Of a stretch of DNA of 64,000 bases, positions 9,964-18,053 are shown one piece after another (the first letter of the stretch is position 1; every line of letters begins with the position of its first letter). A program made the translations under genes and the position numbers. Origin of the DNA: Candidatus Micrarchaeia archaeon (lineage in GTDB: Archaea; Micrarchaeota; Micrarchaeia; Burarchaeales; Fermentimicrarchaeaceae); contig JAVZHX010000002.1 in NCBI GenBank assembly GCA_038871515.1, positions 36,641 through 100,640 of the forward strand, given 5' to 3'. Below the pieces are notes generated by a model. That model searched no databases and had not been told where the DNA came from. It saw only the letters and a program-made list of their open reading frames with translations.

Positions 9964-10947
9964 TTAAAAACCCTTGCGTTTGTTTATGAATGAGTCATAT
10001 CCGTTGGTGTTAACTTTTCTGCCGTCAAGCAACACCCCTCTTCCCTCTATCGCTCTTCCAATTTCTATAAGCTCTCCCCCAACGCCAGTAACCTTTTTCC
10101 TAACTTTCTCAAACTCCCTCTCGCTTAGAGTTATAATAAGTTCATAATCCTCCCCGTTGTTAAGGAGCGTCTTTCTGCTGATTTCGTGCTTTTCAGTAAA
10201 CTCCTCTGCTTCCTTTGAAATTGGAATTTTTTCAGAGTCAAGAGAAAGACAAACTCTGCTCATGCGTGCTATCTCGCCAGCTGAGAAAAGCAAACCGTCA
10301 GTTATATCCATCCCAGCTGCTCTGACACCAAGCTCAGCTATTGCAATTCCCTCCCTCACTCTTGCCTTCGGGTTCAGGAATGCATTTTTGAGCTTTTCAT
10401 ACTTCTTTGAGTCAACTCCCTCCTTCACAATTCTCAAACCCAGAAAAGCATCACCAATTTCACCTGTAACCGCAACAATGTCTCCTTCTCTTGCATTGCA
10501 CCTTCTCATCGGTTTTCCGATAATCTCGCCAAGTGCAATGCCGCATATTGTGAGCTCTTTTGCTTTCTTCGTATCTCCTCCGATGAATGGTGCGTTATAT
10601 TCTGAGCAGGTTAGGTTGATTCCTTTAATTATGCCTCTGAGAATTCTGAAATCAAGCTGGGGCGGTATTCCAAATGAGAAAAGCATTCCAAGCGGCTTGG
10701 CACCAACTGCAGCCAAATCGCTTAGGTTTGCAACTGCAATTTTTCTTCCAATCTGCTGTGATTTCATGGATGGAGGGAAGTGAGTTGAATGGAACATTAT
10801 ATCGGAGGTTAGGGCAAGTTGTTTGCCGTTAAATTTTAGAAGAGCTGCGTCATCCTCTCCTGCTCCAGAGATGATTGATTTGTTTCTATAGAGTTTTTCT
10901 GTCAAAAGCTCTATCAGTTTCCTCTCCCCAAGCAAATCTACTCTCAT
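9964..10947 (-). CDS. thiL: thiamine-monophosphate kinase
   Basis: DDAA, NLSDLAAVGA.P, GGDT, DITDGL, GEDYEL. Confidence 0.93.
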   Translation of the reverse strand: MRVDLLGERKLIELLTEKLYRNKSIISGAGEDDAALLKFNGKQLALTSDIMFHSTHFPPSMKSQQIGRKIAVANLSDLAAVGAKPLGMLFSFGIPPQLDFRILRGIIKGINLTCSEYNAPFIGGDTKKAKELTICGIALGEIIGKPMRRCNAREGDIVAVTGEIGDAFLGLRIVKEGVDSKKYEKLKNAFLNPKARVREGIAIAELGVRAAGMDITDGLLFSAGEIARMSRVCLSLDSEKIPISKEAEEFTEKHEISRKTLLNNGEDYELIITLSEREFEKVRKKVTGVGGELIEIGRAIEGRGVLLDGRKVNTNGYDSFINKRKGF

Positions 10948-10995
10948 ACAATCCTATTAATTTATAATTAACTTAAATAAATAAGAGGTGAGGGA

Positions 10996-12093
10996 ATGGA
11001 GCTTTTTGAGAGAATGAAGGAAGCGCATACAATTGATTATGAGGAGCCAATAACAAAAGCAATAGGGGAGCTTCCAAAACACAGAACATGCCTGGTTGTT
11101 TTAAAAGGTAAGAATTATGCTGGTATAATTGATGATTGGACGATAACAAGCTCTGCTGCGGAGCATACTGCGAAGGTTGGTTCTGTCGCTGTCCACGCTC
11201 CGGTTATCACAAGAAGAACCAGTCTTCTTAACATATGCAAGCTTTTCTCAAGCGGTCCTTACAGAGCACTTCCAGTTGTTGAGGAGGATAAGTTAATAGG
11301 TGTGCTTCCAAGAAGCGAGGTTTTGAAAATAATGGTGGAGGAGGGGTTGCTTGAGAGAAGGAAAGTAGAAGAGGTGATGGATAAACAGGTTCCAAAAATT
11401 GAGGCGAAAGCTCATCTTGGGAAGGCAAAAGCAAGGATGCAGGGCAATCAATACGGCAAGCTTGCTGTTGTTGAGGAAGGGAAGCTTGTTGGAGTTTTAA
11501 CAGCGTATGATTTTACGGCTTTTCTCAGCAAACCAAAGGATAAACTGCCTTTCAGAAGGGAGAAGGTGAGGCTGGAGGATGTAGAAGTGAAGTCAATTAT
11601 GAAGGAGGATGTTTATACAATAAAACCGGATGCGTCTCTTAGGGAAAGCGCAAATGAGATGATTGAGGGTGATGTTGCTGCTTTGATAGTTGAGAGCGCT
11701 GGCAAACCAGTTGGAATAATAAGCGCAAGGCATCTTCTCAGCTCTGTTGTTCAGCCTGAGGAGGTGAAGTTGGAAATTTCTGGGTTGGATGAGAAAGATA
11801 GAATTTTCAGTGAGGATGTAAAGGAGGAGTGCAAGAGGTTTATAAACAAGCTGAAAAGAAGCTGCGAGGTTGAGGGGATGTGGGTGCACTTCAAAAAGTA
11901 TGGAAAGAAGTATTCAACTCATGGGGGGGTGAAGCTGAGGAGAAGAAACTACTCGGCAAGCTCGTTTGGGTGGAGTTTGAGAGATTCTTTAAAATCATTC
12001 CTAGATGAACTGGAGAGGATGGTTAAAAAAGGTAAAGAGGAGAGAGTTGCGAGGAGAAGGGAGATGAGGAAGAGTGGAAGGTGGGTGGAGTGA
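10996..12093 (+). CDS. 4xCBS domain protein with C-terminal HPF/RaiA-like domain (putative ribosome hibernation factor)
   Basis: Four CBS motifs, then about 100 aa beta-alpha-beta-beta-beta-alpha region with basic terminal helix. Confidence 0.75.
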   Translation: MELFERMKEAHTIDYEEPITKAIGELPKHRTCLVVLKGKNYAGIIDDWTITSSAAEHTAKVGSVAVHAPVITRRTSLLNICKLFSSGPYRALPVVEEDKLIGVLPRSEVLKIMVEEGLLERRKVEEVMDKQVPKIEAKAHLGKAKARMQGNQYGKLAVVEEGKLVGVLTAYDFTAFLSKPKDKLPFRREKVRLEDVEVKSIMKEDVYTIKPDASLRESANEMIEGDVAALIVESAGKPVGIISARHLLSSVVQPEEVKLEISGLDEKDRIFSEDVKEECKRFINKLKRSCEVEGMWVHFKKYGKKYSTHGGVKLRRRNYSASSFGWSLRDSLKSFLDELERMVKKGKEERVARRREMRKSGRWVE

Positions 12094-13409
12094 AAGTTGG
12101 TTTGGCGATTGGAGGTTCTTCAACTACAGGAGCTGCTGGCGTTGAGGCAGATTTGAAAACGTTTGCAACATTTGGAGTTCACTCAGCAGTCGTTATAACC
12201 TCTGTTGTTTCGCAGAACACAAAAGGAGTTCAGCAGGTTTTCCCCCTTCCACCCGAGGTTGTTGCTCAGCAGATTAACTCAGTTTTTTCAGATATGGAAG
12301 TAGGTGGTATTAAAATTGGGTTGGTTGGTGATGAGGAAGTTGCAAGGATAATTATGGGGAAGTTGAAGGGAAAAAGGAATATAGTTTTTGATCCTGTTAT
12401 GACTGCCCAGTCTGATGGAAGCGCGTTGGTAAGCAAGGAAACTGTGAAGGAAATGAAAAAGCTGATTGGGATTTCAAGGATAGTCACTCCAAACCCATTT
12501 GAAGCTGAGAGACTGACAGGAGTTGAGGTGAGAAGTGTTGCTGACGCGAGAAGGGCAGCCGAAGCTTTGAAATCTTTTGGAGCAGAAGCAGTTGTTATTA
12601 AGGGCATCGTGGTTGGAAGAAAGGTTTTTGATGTTTTGTTGCATAGTGAGTTCCAAGTTGTAAGTAGAAAGTTCGTGCAGGGGGGAACGCATGGAGGAGG
12701 ATGCTGCTTCTCCTCAGCGCTGGCTGCCTGCTTGATAAATGGTTTGAGCATAGAGAAATCGTTTGAGGAAACTGAGAGATTTATTGATTCATTGCTCACA
12801 AAAACTTTGAGAATTGGAAAGGGAATAAAGGCAGCTGAGCCGCTGCAGGAAGTTGCGGTCAACTCTGAGAGATGGAAGGTTATTCAAAATTTAAAAAAAG
12901 CTTTGCGGGAGATAGAAAGCTGCGAGAAGTTTTCGTCGTTTATACCTGAAGTTGGAGTGAATTTAGTTTACGCCCTTTCCAACGCAAGAGGAGTTGAAGA
13001 TGTTGCAGGAGTTGTTGGTAGAATAAGGAATGCGATGGGAAAGCCAAAGTCGCTTGGCGAGGTGGAGTTTGGCGCTTCTTCTCACCTTGCAAGAGCAGTT
13101 TTGAAGATGATGGAGTTTGACCCTTTTAGAAGAGCTGCGATAAATGTGAAATTCAGCGAGGAAGTTGTTAAAAAGTTCAAGAGAATGGGAATGATTGTTT
13201 CAAGCTATGAGAGGGAGAAACAGCCAGAAGAGGTGAAGTGGAAGGAGGGAGGGACGATTCAGTGGGGAGTGGAATATGCTGTGAAAAAAGGGAAGATTCC
13301 TGATGTGATTTACCATAAAGGTGAAATTGGGAAGGAGCCATCTGTTATAATATTTGGGAAGGATGCGTTGAGCGTTGCGAGAATTGCTTTGAGATTACCA
13401 AAAGCTTAA
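12090..13409 (+). CDS. thiDN: bifunctional HMP/HMP-P kinase - thiamine-phosphate synthase ThiN fusion
   Basis: AGVEADLKTF, DPVM, TPN..EA, THGGGC; C-terminal IPEVG.N, FGASSHLAR, GKEP. Confidence 0.9.
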   Translation: MKVGLAIGGSSTTGAAGVEADLKTFATFGVHSAVVITSVVSQNTKGVQQVFPLPPEVVAQQINSVFSDMEVGGIKIGLVGDEEVARIIMGKLKGKRNIVFDPVMTAQSDGSALVSKETVKEMKKLIGISRIVTPNPFEAERLTGVEVRSVADARRAAEALKSFGAEAVVIKGIVVGRKVFDVLLHSEFQVVSRKFVQGGTHGGGCCFSSALAACLINGLSIEKSFEETERFIDSLLTKTLRIGKGIKAAEPLQEVAVNSERWKVIQNLKKALREIESCEKFSSFIPEVGVNLVYALSNARGVEDVAGVVGRIRNAMGKPKSLGEVEFGASSHLARAVLKMMEFDPFRRAAINVKFSEEVVKKFKRMGMIVSSYEREKQPEEVKWKEGGTIQWGVEYAVKKGKIPDVIYHKGEIGKEPSVIIFGKDALSVARIALRLPKA

Positions 13410-13435
13410 TATTCAGTCAATTCTATTATTCAACT

Positions 13436-13894
13436 ATGAGAAGAGGACAGGCAAGCACTGAAATTATGATAACAGTTGCATTTGTTGTAACCATAATGTT
13501 TCCTCTTATTCTCATAGCTTATCTACAAAGCACAAATGTTTCTGACCAACTTGCAGTTCAGCAGGCACAGCAGACTGCAACGAAAATAACGAACTACGCG
13601 GATGTTGTTGGGGTGCAGGGTTATCCAAGCAGGATAAGCATCCAAGTTTTTATGCCACCAAATATAGAGAATATAACTGTTGGCAACTCCACTGGTGGGG
13701 TGGGGAATGAGCTGATAATAAATATAAGGACAAGCGCTGGGGTTAGCCAGATAGTTGCGTTAACTTTAACAAAAATTGCTGGTGATTTGTCAACAGTTGC
13801 AAAGCCCGGTACATACTTCATAAAAATATCTGCTTTGGAGAATTGTACAAAAGTTGACCCGACACAGGAGTGTGTTTACATTGAAAGAGCATAG
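13436..13894 (+). CDS. class III signal peptide (type IV pilin-like) protein
   Basis: MRRG/QASTE plus hydrophobic helix. Confidence 0.8.
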   Translation: MRRGQASTEIMITVAFVVTIMFPLILIAYLQSTNVSDQLAVQQAQQTATKITNYADVVGVQGYPSRISIQVFMPPNIENITVGNSTGGVGNELIINIRTSAGVSQIVALTLTKIAGDLSTVAKPGTYFIKISALENCTKVDPTQECVYIERA

Positions 13895-13902
13895 GTGAAA
13901 AT

Positions 13903-14676
13903 GTGAAGGGGCAGAGCGCAAGTGAGCTTTTGGTTGTTTTCATGTTTGTTATGTTAGTATTCACTTTATTTCTAACCACATTCGTCCAGCAGCGCTCCCT
14001 TGAGATGCAACAAGCCAAAGTGAGTTTAGCGGACAGTGTTGGTGAACAATTTGCCTATGAGATAAATCTTGCAGCGAGAAGCGGGAATGGGTATTCAAGG
14101 AAGTTCACATATCCTGTGAAGCTTGAGGGAGTTACCCCGTATAATATCACGCTGAATAATCTATCAAAAAGCATTGATATATTCTTCACGCTTGGCACCA
14201 TAAACTACTCCCATTCATTTCCTTTAATTCACACAAACGTAAGGGTTGAGCCACAGATAATTGCCAGACTGCCAAACGGAACACCCTATGGATATGTGTT
14301 GCATTCAAGCAATTTGACTTTTTCAAGAGGTGAAATGTATATCCAGAATGTAAATAACATTATTTTCATAAGCACTGTGACATATCTTCAAGTAACTCCT
14401 CAGACAATACAGCTTAATGCATCCCCAACAGAGATTGGGATTTGGATGAATACTTCAAATATAACTGCGGTTGTGCTTGATCAGTTTGGCAACCATGTGC
14501 CGGATGGAACGCTTGTGCGCTTTGAAACTGATTTGGGAATGATAGATAGTTTTGTGCCTACGAAGAATGGAACTGCTGTGGCAGTTTTGAGAAGCGGTTT
14601 CACGCCAGGGAGAGCAAGAGTGTATGCAAAAGTTTCGGGTGTTAATAAATCAATTGTTGTTACATTCGTGGGTTAG
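13903..14676 (+). CDS. class III signal peptide pilin-like protein with C-terminal Ig-like (Big_1/invasin) domain
   Basis: MKG/QSASE; C-terminal ITAVVLDQFGNHVPDGTLVRFET...TKNGTAVAVL. Confidence 0.8.
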   Translation: MKGQSASELLVVFMFVMLVFTLFLTTFVQQRSLEMQQAKVSLADSVGEQFAYEINLAARSGNGYSRKFTYPVKLEGVTPYNITLNNLSKSIDIFFTLGTINYSHSFPLIHTNVRVEPQIIARLPNGTPYGYVLHSSNLTFSRGEMYIQNVNNIIFISTVTYLQVTPQTIQLNASPTEIGIWMNTSNITAVVLDQFGNHVPDGTLVRFETDLGMIDSFVPTKNGTAVAVLRSGFTPGRARVYAKVSGVNKSIVVTFVG

Positions 14677-14684
14677 GTGGGAGT

Positions 14685-15170
14685 TTGAGAAAAGCACAGG
14701 CAACTATGAGGGAAATTGGTTTGGCTGCATTGATAATGATTATTTTAATTCTCTATCTTTACTTCACATCCCCTCAGTTGCCAGAACCAACTCAGTTTAA
14801 GGAGAAGTGTTCATTGAGTGGGAACTTCACATGCCGTTACGTATTTCTCAGGAGGGGAAGTAGCAGGCTGGAGTTGATTTTAGAGCAGAACACTGGAAGC
14901 GTGATAAATATAACATCGTTTGTTTGCACAAAAAGAACTCAAATTCCTTTAATGCCAGCGCTTAACAACAGCATTGTAATCACATCCGGCGAGAGGGCGT
15001 ATGTAGCTGGCGGCAACAGTGGAAATGAAATTGTTTGCACGGAGAGAGATGGAAGTATTCCGGAAGGTAAACTTGGTGATGTTTACGAGGGATACATTTA
15101 TATGACGTATATTGATAGAAACAAAAATGTTGTTTTTGTTAATGGGAGTATAATCACAAAATACTCTTAA
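14685..15170 (+). CDS. class III signal peptide pilin-like protein
   Basis: MRKA/QATMRE plus hydrophobic helix, paired Cys. Confidence 0.7.
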   Translation: MRKAQATMREIGLAALIMIILILYLYFTSPQLPEPTQFKEKCSLSGNFTCRYVFLRRGSSRLELILEQNTGSVINITSFVCTKRTQIPLMPALNNSIVITSGERAYVAGGNSGNEIVCTERDGSIPEGKLGDVYEGYIYMTYIDRNKNVVFVNGSIITKYS

Positions 15171-15669
15171 TGTTTTCCTTCAAATATTTTCCGCTGTATT
15201 TTGCTTTTGGTTTAGCTGAGAGCTTCAGAAATATCAGCTGAGCCAGACGGGCGTTTCTTTTTAACTTTATTCCGTGCTTGTTTGAAACAATAAGAAGGGA
15301 TTCACTTCTTCCCTCATAGCCGGGATCCCATACTGCGCAGTGCATAAATGCACCGCATCTCAAAAGGGAGGAGCGGGGGAATGCTAAACCGATGCAGTCT
15401 GGAGGAACGCGTATTATCTCGTTATAAACTACTTTGTACGCACCGCTTTTCAGTTTAACCTCGTCATAAATTTTGAGTTTTTTGCATTTCGGCAGCACCC
15501 TCTCCTTGTTTGTGAAATCCAGGCAACCAGCTTCTTTAAACTCAAAAATCTCAGAAAGGGTTAAATCAACTCCTGCCGGTTGGAGTTGAACTCCCTTATT
15601 AACCATCCTGTCAATTAATGAGCTTTGCTCAATCAGTTTTTTTATTTCAATATCGCTCAAAACAGGCAT
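15154..15669 (-). CDS. dut: dUTPase (dCTP deaminase/dUTPase superfamily)
   Basis: QPAGVDLT, PRSSLLR.G, WDPGYEG; lacks the deaminase T-L-E motif. Confidence 0.8.
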   Translation of the reverse strand: MPVLSDIEIKKLIEQSSLIDRMVNKGVQLQPAGVDLTLSEIFEFKEAGCLDFTNKERVLPKCKKLKIYDEVKLKSGAYKVVYNEIIRVPPDCIGLAFPRSSLLRCGAFMHCAVWDPGYEGRSESLLIVSNKHGIKLKRNARLAQLIFLKLSAKPKAKYSGKYLKENIKSIL

Positions 15670-15688
15670 GCAGATTCTCTCAAATTTT

Positions 15689-16126
15689 TTACAAAGGATT
15701 TTTGCTGAATATTTCACTCTTCTTGAAAAACCTTTTGATTTCTTTTTCAGCAGTTTCCCTTGAATCGGAAGCGTGTATTATGTTTTCCTGCACATCCTTC
15801 CCAAAGTCACCTCTTATCGTCCCTTTCGGTGCTTTCTTTGAATCTGTTGGGCCGGCAAGCTCCCTGAGGAGTTGAACTGCATTCTCCCCTTCAACAACCA
15901 TGCAGATAACCGGTGTTGAGCACATAAACTCAACCAAGCTTTTGAAGAATGGTTTGTCAACGTGGTGCGAGTAGTGCTCCCTGCACATCTCTTCATCAAG
16001 TTGAACAACTTTCATCCCAACAATATTCAAACCGCTTCTCTCAATTCTCGTTATAACTTCCCCTACAACTTTCTTCTTAACTGCATCTGGCTTCAGCATA
16101 ACAAAGGTTCTCTCCACAGGAAACAC
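15689..16126 (-). CDS. ndk: nucleoside diphosphate kinase
   Basis: ERTFVMLKPDAV, GTIRGDFG, NIIHASDS. Confidence 0.96.
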   Translation of the reverse strand: MFPVERTFVMLKPDAVKKKVVGEVITRIERSGLNIVGMKVVQLDEEMCREHYSHHVDKPFFKSLVEFMCSTPVICMVVEGENAVQLLRELAGPTDSKKAPKGTIRGDFGKDVQENIIHASDSRETAEKEIKRFFKKSEIFSKNPL

Positions 16127-16294
16127 CTAAACTCTATACTTAGTAGTCCACTTCAGCCTTCTTGGATTTCTCCTCAAGTTCAGCATATTCTTTCTGCATT
16201 TTGAGGAGCAGAAGCTGAGAGTGGAACCGTCTCTTTTCACATACAGTATGCCTGTTCCAGTCTCCATTTCCTCTCCGCAAAAGGAGCACTTCAT
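16127..16294 (-). CDS. rpl24e: 50S ribosomal protein L24e (55 aa, not in ORF track)
   Basis: MKCSFCG...GTG.LYVKRDG...FCSSKC...RNPRRLKWT. Confidence 0.95.
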   Translation of the reverse strand: MKCSFCGEEMETGTGILYVKRDGSTLSFCSSKCRKNMLNLRRNPRRLKWTTKYRV

Positions 16295-16304
16295 TTTAAC
16301 TACC

Positions 16305-16514
16305 TCACTTTGCCTTTATTGGCTTGGCTTCCCTCTCTGTTTCCAGCAGTATTATTATATCCCCTTTCCTCACAGGTCCCTTTATGTTTCTTCTTATCAC
16401 TCTTCCCTTATCCTTTCCCTCAAGTATTTTGCACATTGCCTGGTATACCTCGCCATAAATACCTGTTTTGCCAAGCACCTCAACAACTTCTGCGGCTGCT
16501 GGTTGATCAGTCAT
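16305..16514 (-). CDS. rps28e: 30S ribosomal protein S28e
   Basis: [30 protein letters not shown]. Confidence 0.96.
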   Translation of the reverse strand: MTDQPAAAEVVEVLGKTGIYGEVYQAMCKILEGKDKGRVIRRNIKGPVRKGDIIILLETEREAKPIKAK

Positions 16515-16518
16515 TCAA

Positions 16519-17013
16519 TCACTCTTTTTTCTCTTCTGGTTTGCTCTCCTCTGGTTTCTCCTCTGCTTTCTTCCTTGTCTTTCTTGGCTTTGTTGGTTTC
16601 TTTGGTTTCTCCTCTTCCACAACTTCTGGCTTTGCTTCCTCCTTAACCTCTGGCTTCACTCCCTTTATCTTTGCGACTATATCGTTTATCAACTCGCTTG
16701 CATTTCCAGCCTTCTCTATTCCAACTGCTGCGCAGCTTACCTCAAGCCCAGCGGATTTTCCCAAATCCTTCTTGGAGGGAACGTAGACGTATGGAATTTT
16801 CTTCTCGTCGCACAGCATCGGCAAGTGAATCACAACTTCCTCCGGGTCAACATCCTCAGCTATCACGACAAGAGCTGCCTCGCCTTTCTCTATGAGCTTT
16901 GTTGTCTCATTCGTTCCCTTCCTCACTCTTCCCGTGTCCTTTGCAATCTGGACTGCCTCGTAAGCTTTCTCAGCAACCTCTTTCGGAGTTTCAAATTTCA
17001 CATAACTCTTCAT
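16519..17013 (-). CDS. rpl7ae: 50S ribosomal protein L7Ae with K/E/P-rich C-terminal extension
   Basis: [37 protein letters not shown] 6 nt upstream of ATG 17013. Confidence 0.95.
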   Translation of the reverse strand: MKSYVKFETPKEVAEKAYEAVQIAKDTGRVRKGTNETTKLIEKGEAALVVIAEDVDPEEVVIHLPMLCDEKKIPYVYVPSKKDLGKSAGLEVSCAAVGIEKAGNASELINDIVAKIKGVKPEVKEEAKPEVVEEEKPKKPTKPRKTRKKAEEKPEESKPEEKKE

Positions 17014-17129
17014 CTCAAACACCTCTTGTTTGTCATCGATACATGTTTAAAAACAGGTGCAGAATATAGGTAATTTATCCTTAAAAAGCTTTCTGTTTCT
17101 TTGTAAGAAACAACTTATACGAACCATAA

Positions 17130-17258
17130 TTTATTTGCAAAGCCCTCCATTCCAGCTTTGCACACAAATTAGCCATTTTTAAGAATCGGTCCTTCGTTTA
17201 TGTGCAACCAGCTGAATTTATGTGCAACGGTTAGTTTATGTGCAAAGCCCTCCATTCC
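17130..17258. repeat. iteron-like array: 5 copies of TTTRTKTGCAA (4 direct, 1 inverted) and two exact 18-bp direct repeats
   Basis: 11-mers at 17130, 17197, 17217, 17235 (+) and 17158-17168 (-); TGCAAAGCCCTCCATTCC at 17136-17153 and 17241-17258. Confidence 0.9.
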
Positions 17259-17272
17259 GAAAAGTTTATAAA
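17258..17272 (+). promoter_or_regulatory. consensus archaeal BRE-TATA promoter
   Basis: CGAAAAG-TTTATAAA directly after the last repeat. Confidence 0.7.
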
Positions 17273-17306
17273 TAACATATGAATTAAAATAAGGGAAGCA
17301 TATGAC

Positions 17307-17441
17307 AGCCGAAGTTAATCATCTGCCTTATTGCATGTGTCTTCTTTCTAGCTTCGGCTTTAAGCTGATTATTAAGCTCAGGTGCTGAGAGTCAGCAGCG
17401 TGTTTTGAGTTCTTAAATCTCTTGTTTTGCTGCTGTCTCTC
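17307..17441 (+). ncRNA. candidate structured leader/ncRNA with two long hairpins
   Basis: 11-bp stem 17307-17317/17349-17359; 14-bp stem with one mismatch 17387-17400/17428-17441; G-U wobbles favour + strand. Confidence 0.45.
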
Positions 17442-17464
17442 TGTTTCAAAAACGAGGTGAGAGA

Positions 17465-17626
17465 ATGCAAGATGGGTGTGAACGGGGTTGGAATGGAAGG
17501 GGGCTGAGATGTAGCGGATGCGAGAAGGAAGTTGGGAAAAAGGAGTTCTTTGCCGAGATAGAGGAGTGGAATGGGGAGAAGAAGGTGTTTTGCGGGAGGT
17601 GTTTTGACAGATGGTTGAGGGAATGA
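17465..17626 (+). CDS. small zinc-finger protein (53 aa, not in ORF track)
   Basis: MQDGCERGWNGRGLRCSGCEKEVGKKEFFAEIEEWNGEKKVFCGRCFDRWLRE; two CxxC; SD GAGGTGA at 17454-17460. Confidence 0.7.
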   Translation: MQDGCERGWNGRGLRCSGCEKEVGKKEFFAEIEEWNGEKKVFCGRCFDRWLRE

Positions 17627-17627
17627 T

Positions 17628-17720
17628 ATGTATAGCGAAAGGGAGTTGAGAAGACTCCGGGAGCATACGCTTATGGTTGTGAGAGTAATGCTTTCTGACG
17701 AGGAGTCAGAAGTTCCTTAA
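17628..17720 (+). CDS. possible 30-aa micro-ORF overlapping hairpins
   Basis: MYSERELRRLREHTLMVVRVMLSDEESEVP, starts 1 nt after previous stop. Confidence 0.3.
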   Translation: MYSERELRRLREHTLMVVRVMLSDEESEVP

Positions 17721-17773
17721 TGCTCGAGCTCCTTTTGGGAGTTTCGAAGGCCAACAGCTACCACCTCCAATCA

Positions 17774-17868
17774 GGCTCCGGGCAGCCGGAAAGAATTGTA
17801 AAACAATCCGCATGGCTCGTGTTGATTGAACACGGGGCGACCGGGAATCCGGAAGCTGTTCCGGAGCC
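17774..17868 (+). ncRNA. candidate GC-rich multi-stem ncRNA
   Basis: GGCTCCGG/CCGGAGCC closing stem extended by GCAGC/GCTGT and CGGA/TCCG; inner hairpins ATTGT/ACAAT and CTCGTGTT/AACACGGG. Confidence 0.55.
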
Positions 17869-17913
17869 GCATATTTATAAATGGTGGATTCAAAATTATT
17901 AACAGGTGGATGG

Positions 17914-18048
17914 ATGGTTGTTGTGAAAATGAAGGATAAGGAGGTTGAGGTAAGCCAGAAGGAAGCTATGGAGAGATTTAGCGGTGGGTTGATTGGGCAG
18001 AAGAGACCTGTTGATGATTTCAAGAGATTTGCGCTTGACGTCAGGTAA
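17914..18048 (+). CDS. small hypothetical protein (44 aa, not in ORF track)
   Basis: MVVVKMKDKEVEVSQKEAMERFSGGLIGQKRPVDDFKRFALDVR; TATA TTTATAAA 17874-17881, SD AGGTGG, purine-rich coding bias. Confidence 0.6.
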   Translation: MVVVKMKDKEVEVSQKEAMERFSGGLIGQKRPVDDFKRFALDVR

Positions 18049-18053
18049 TCCTT

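Noticed and set aside
17130..17258. Repeat array as a mini-CRISPR
   Set aside because: Units of 11-18 bp with irregular, mostly 7-28 bp gaps and mixed orientation; no cas genes in the window
17380..17400. GGTGCTGAGA resembling a TPP riboswitch core
   Set aside because: Remaining TPP elements (ACCTGA, P4/P5) absent; not upstream of thi genes
17490..17580. GGAATGG copies as inverted partners of the 18-bp repeat
   Set aside because: They lie in the Zn-finger CDS and encode WNG twice
17328..17666. Track ORFs 17328-17666 (-), 17706-18104 (-) and 17720-17902 (+)
   Set aside because: Atypical composition; they overlap better-supported + strand micro-ORFs or RNA structure
17695..17750. CTGACGA as a hammerhead ribozyme core
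   Set aside because: No correctly placed GAAA or stem III; the motif is inside a simple hairpin
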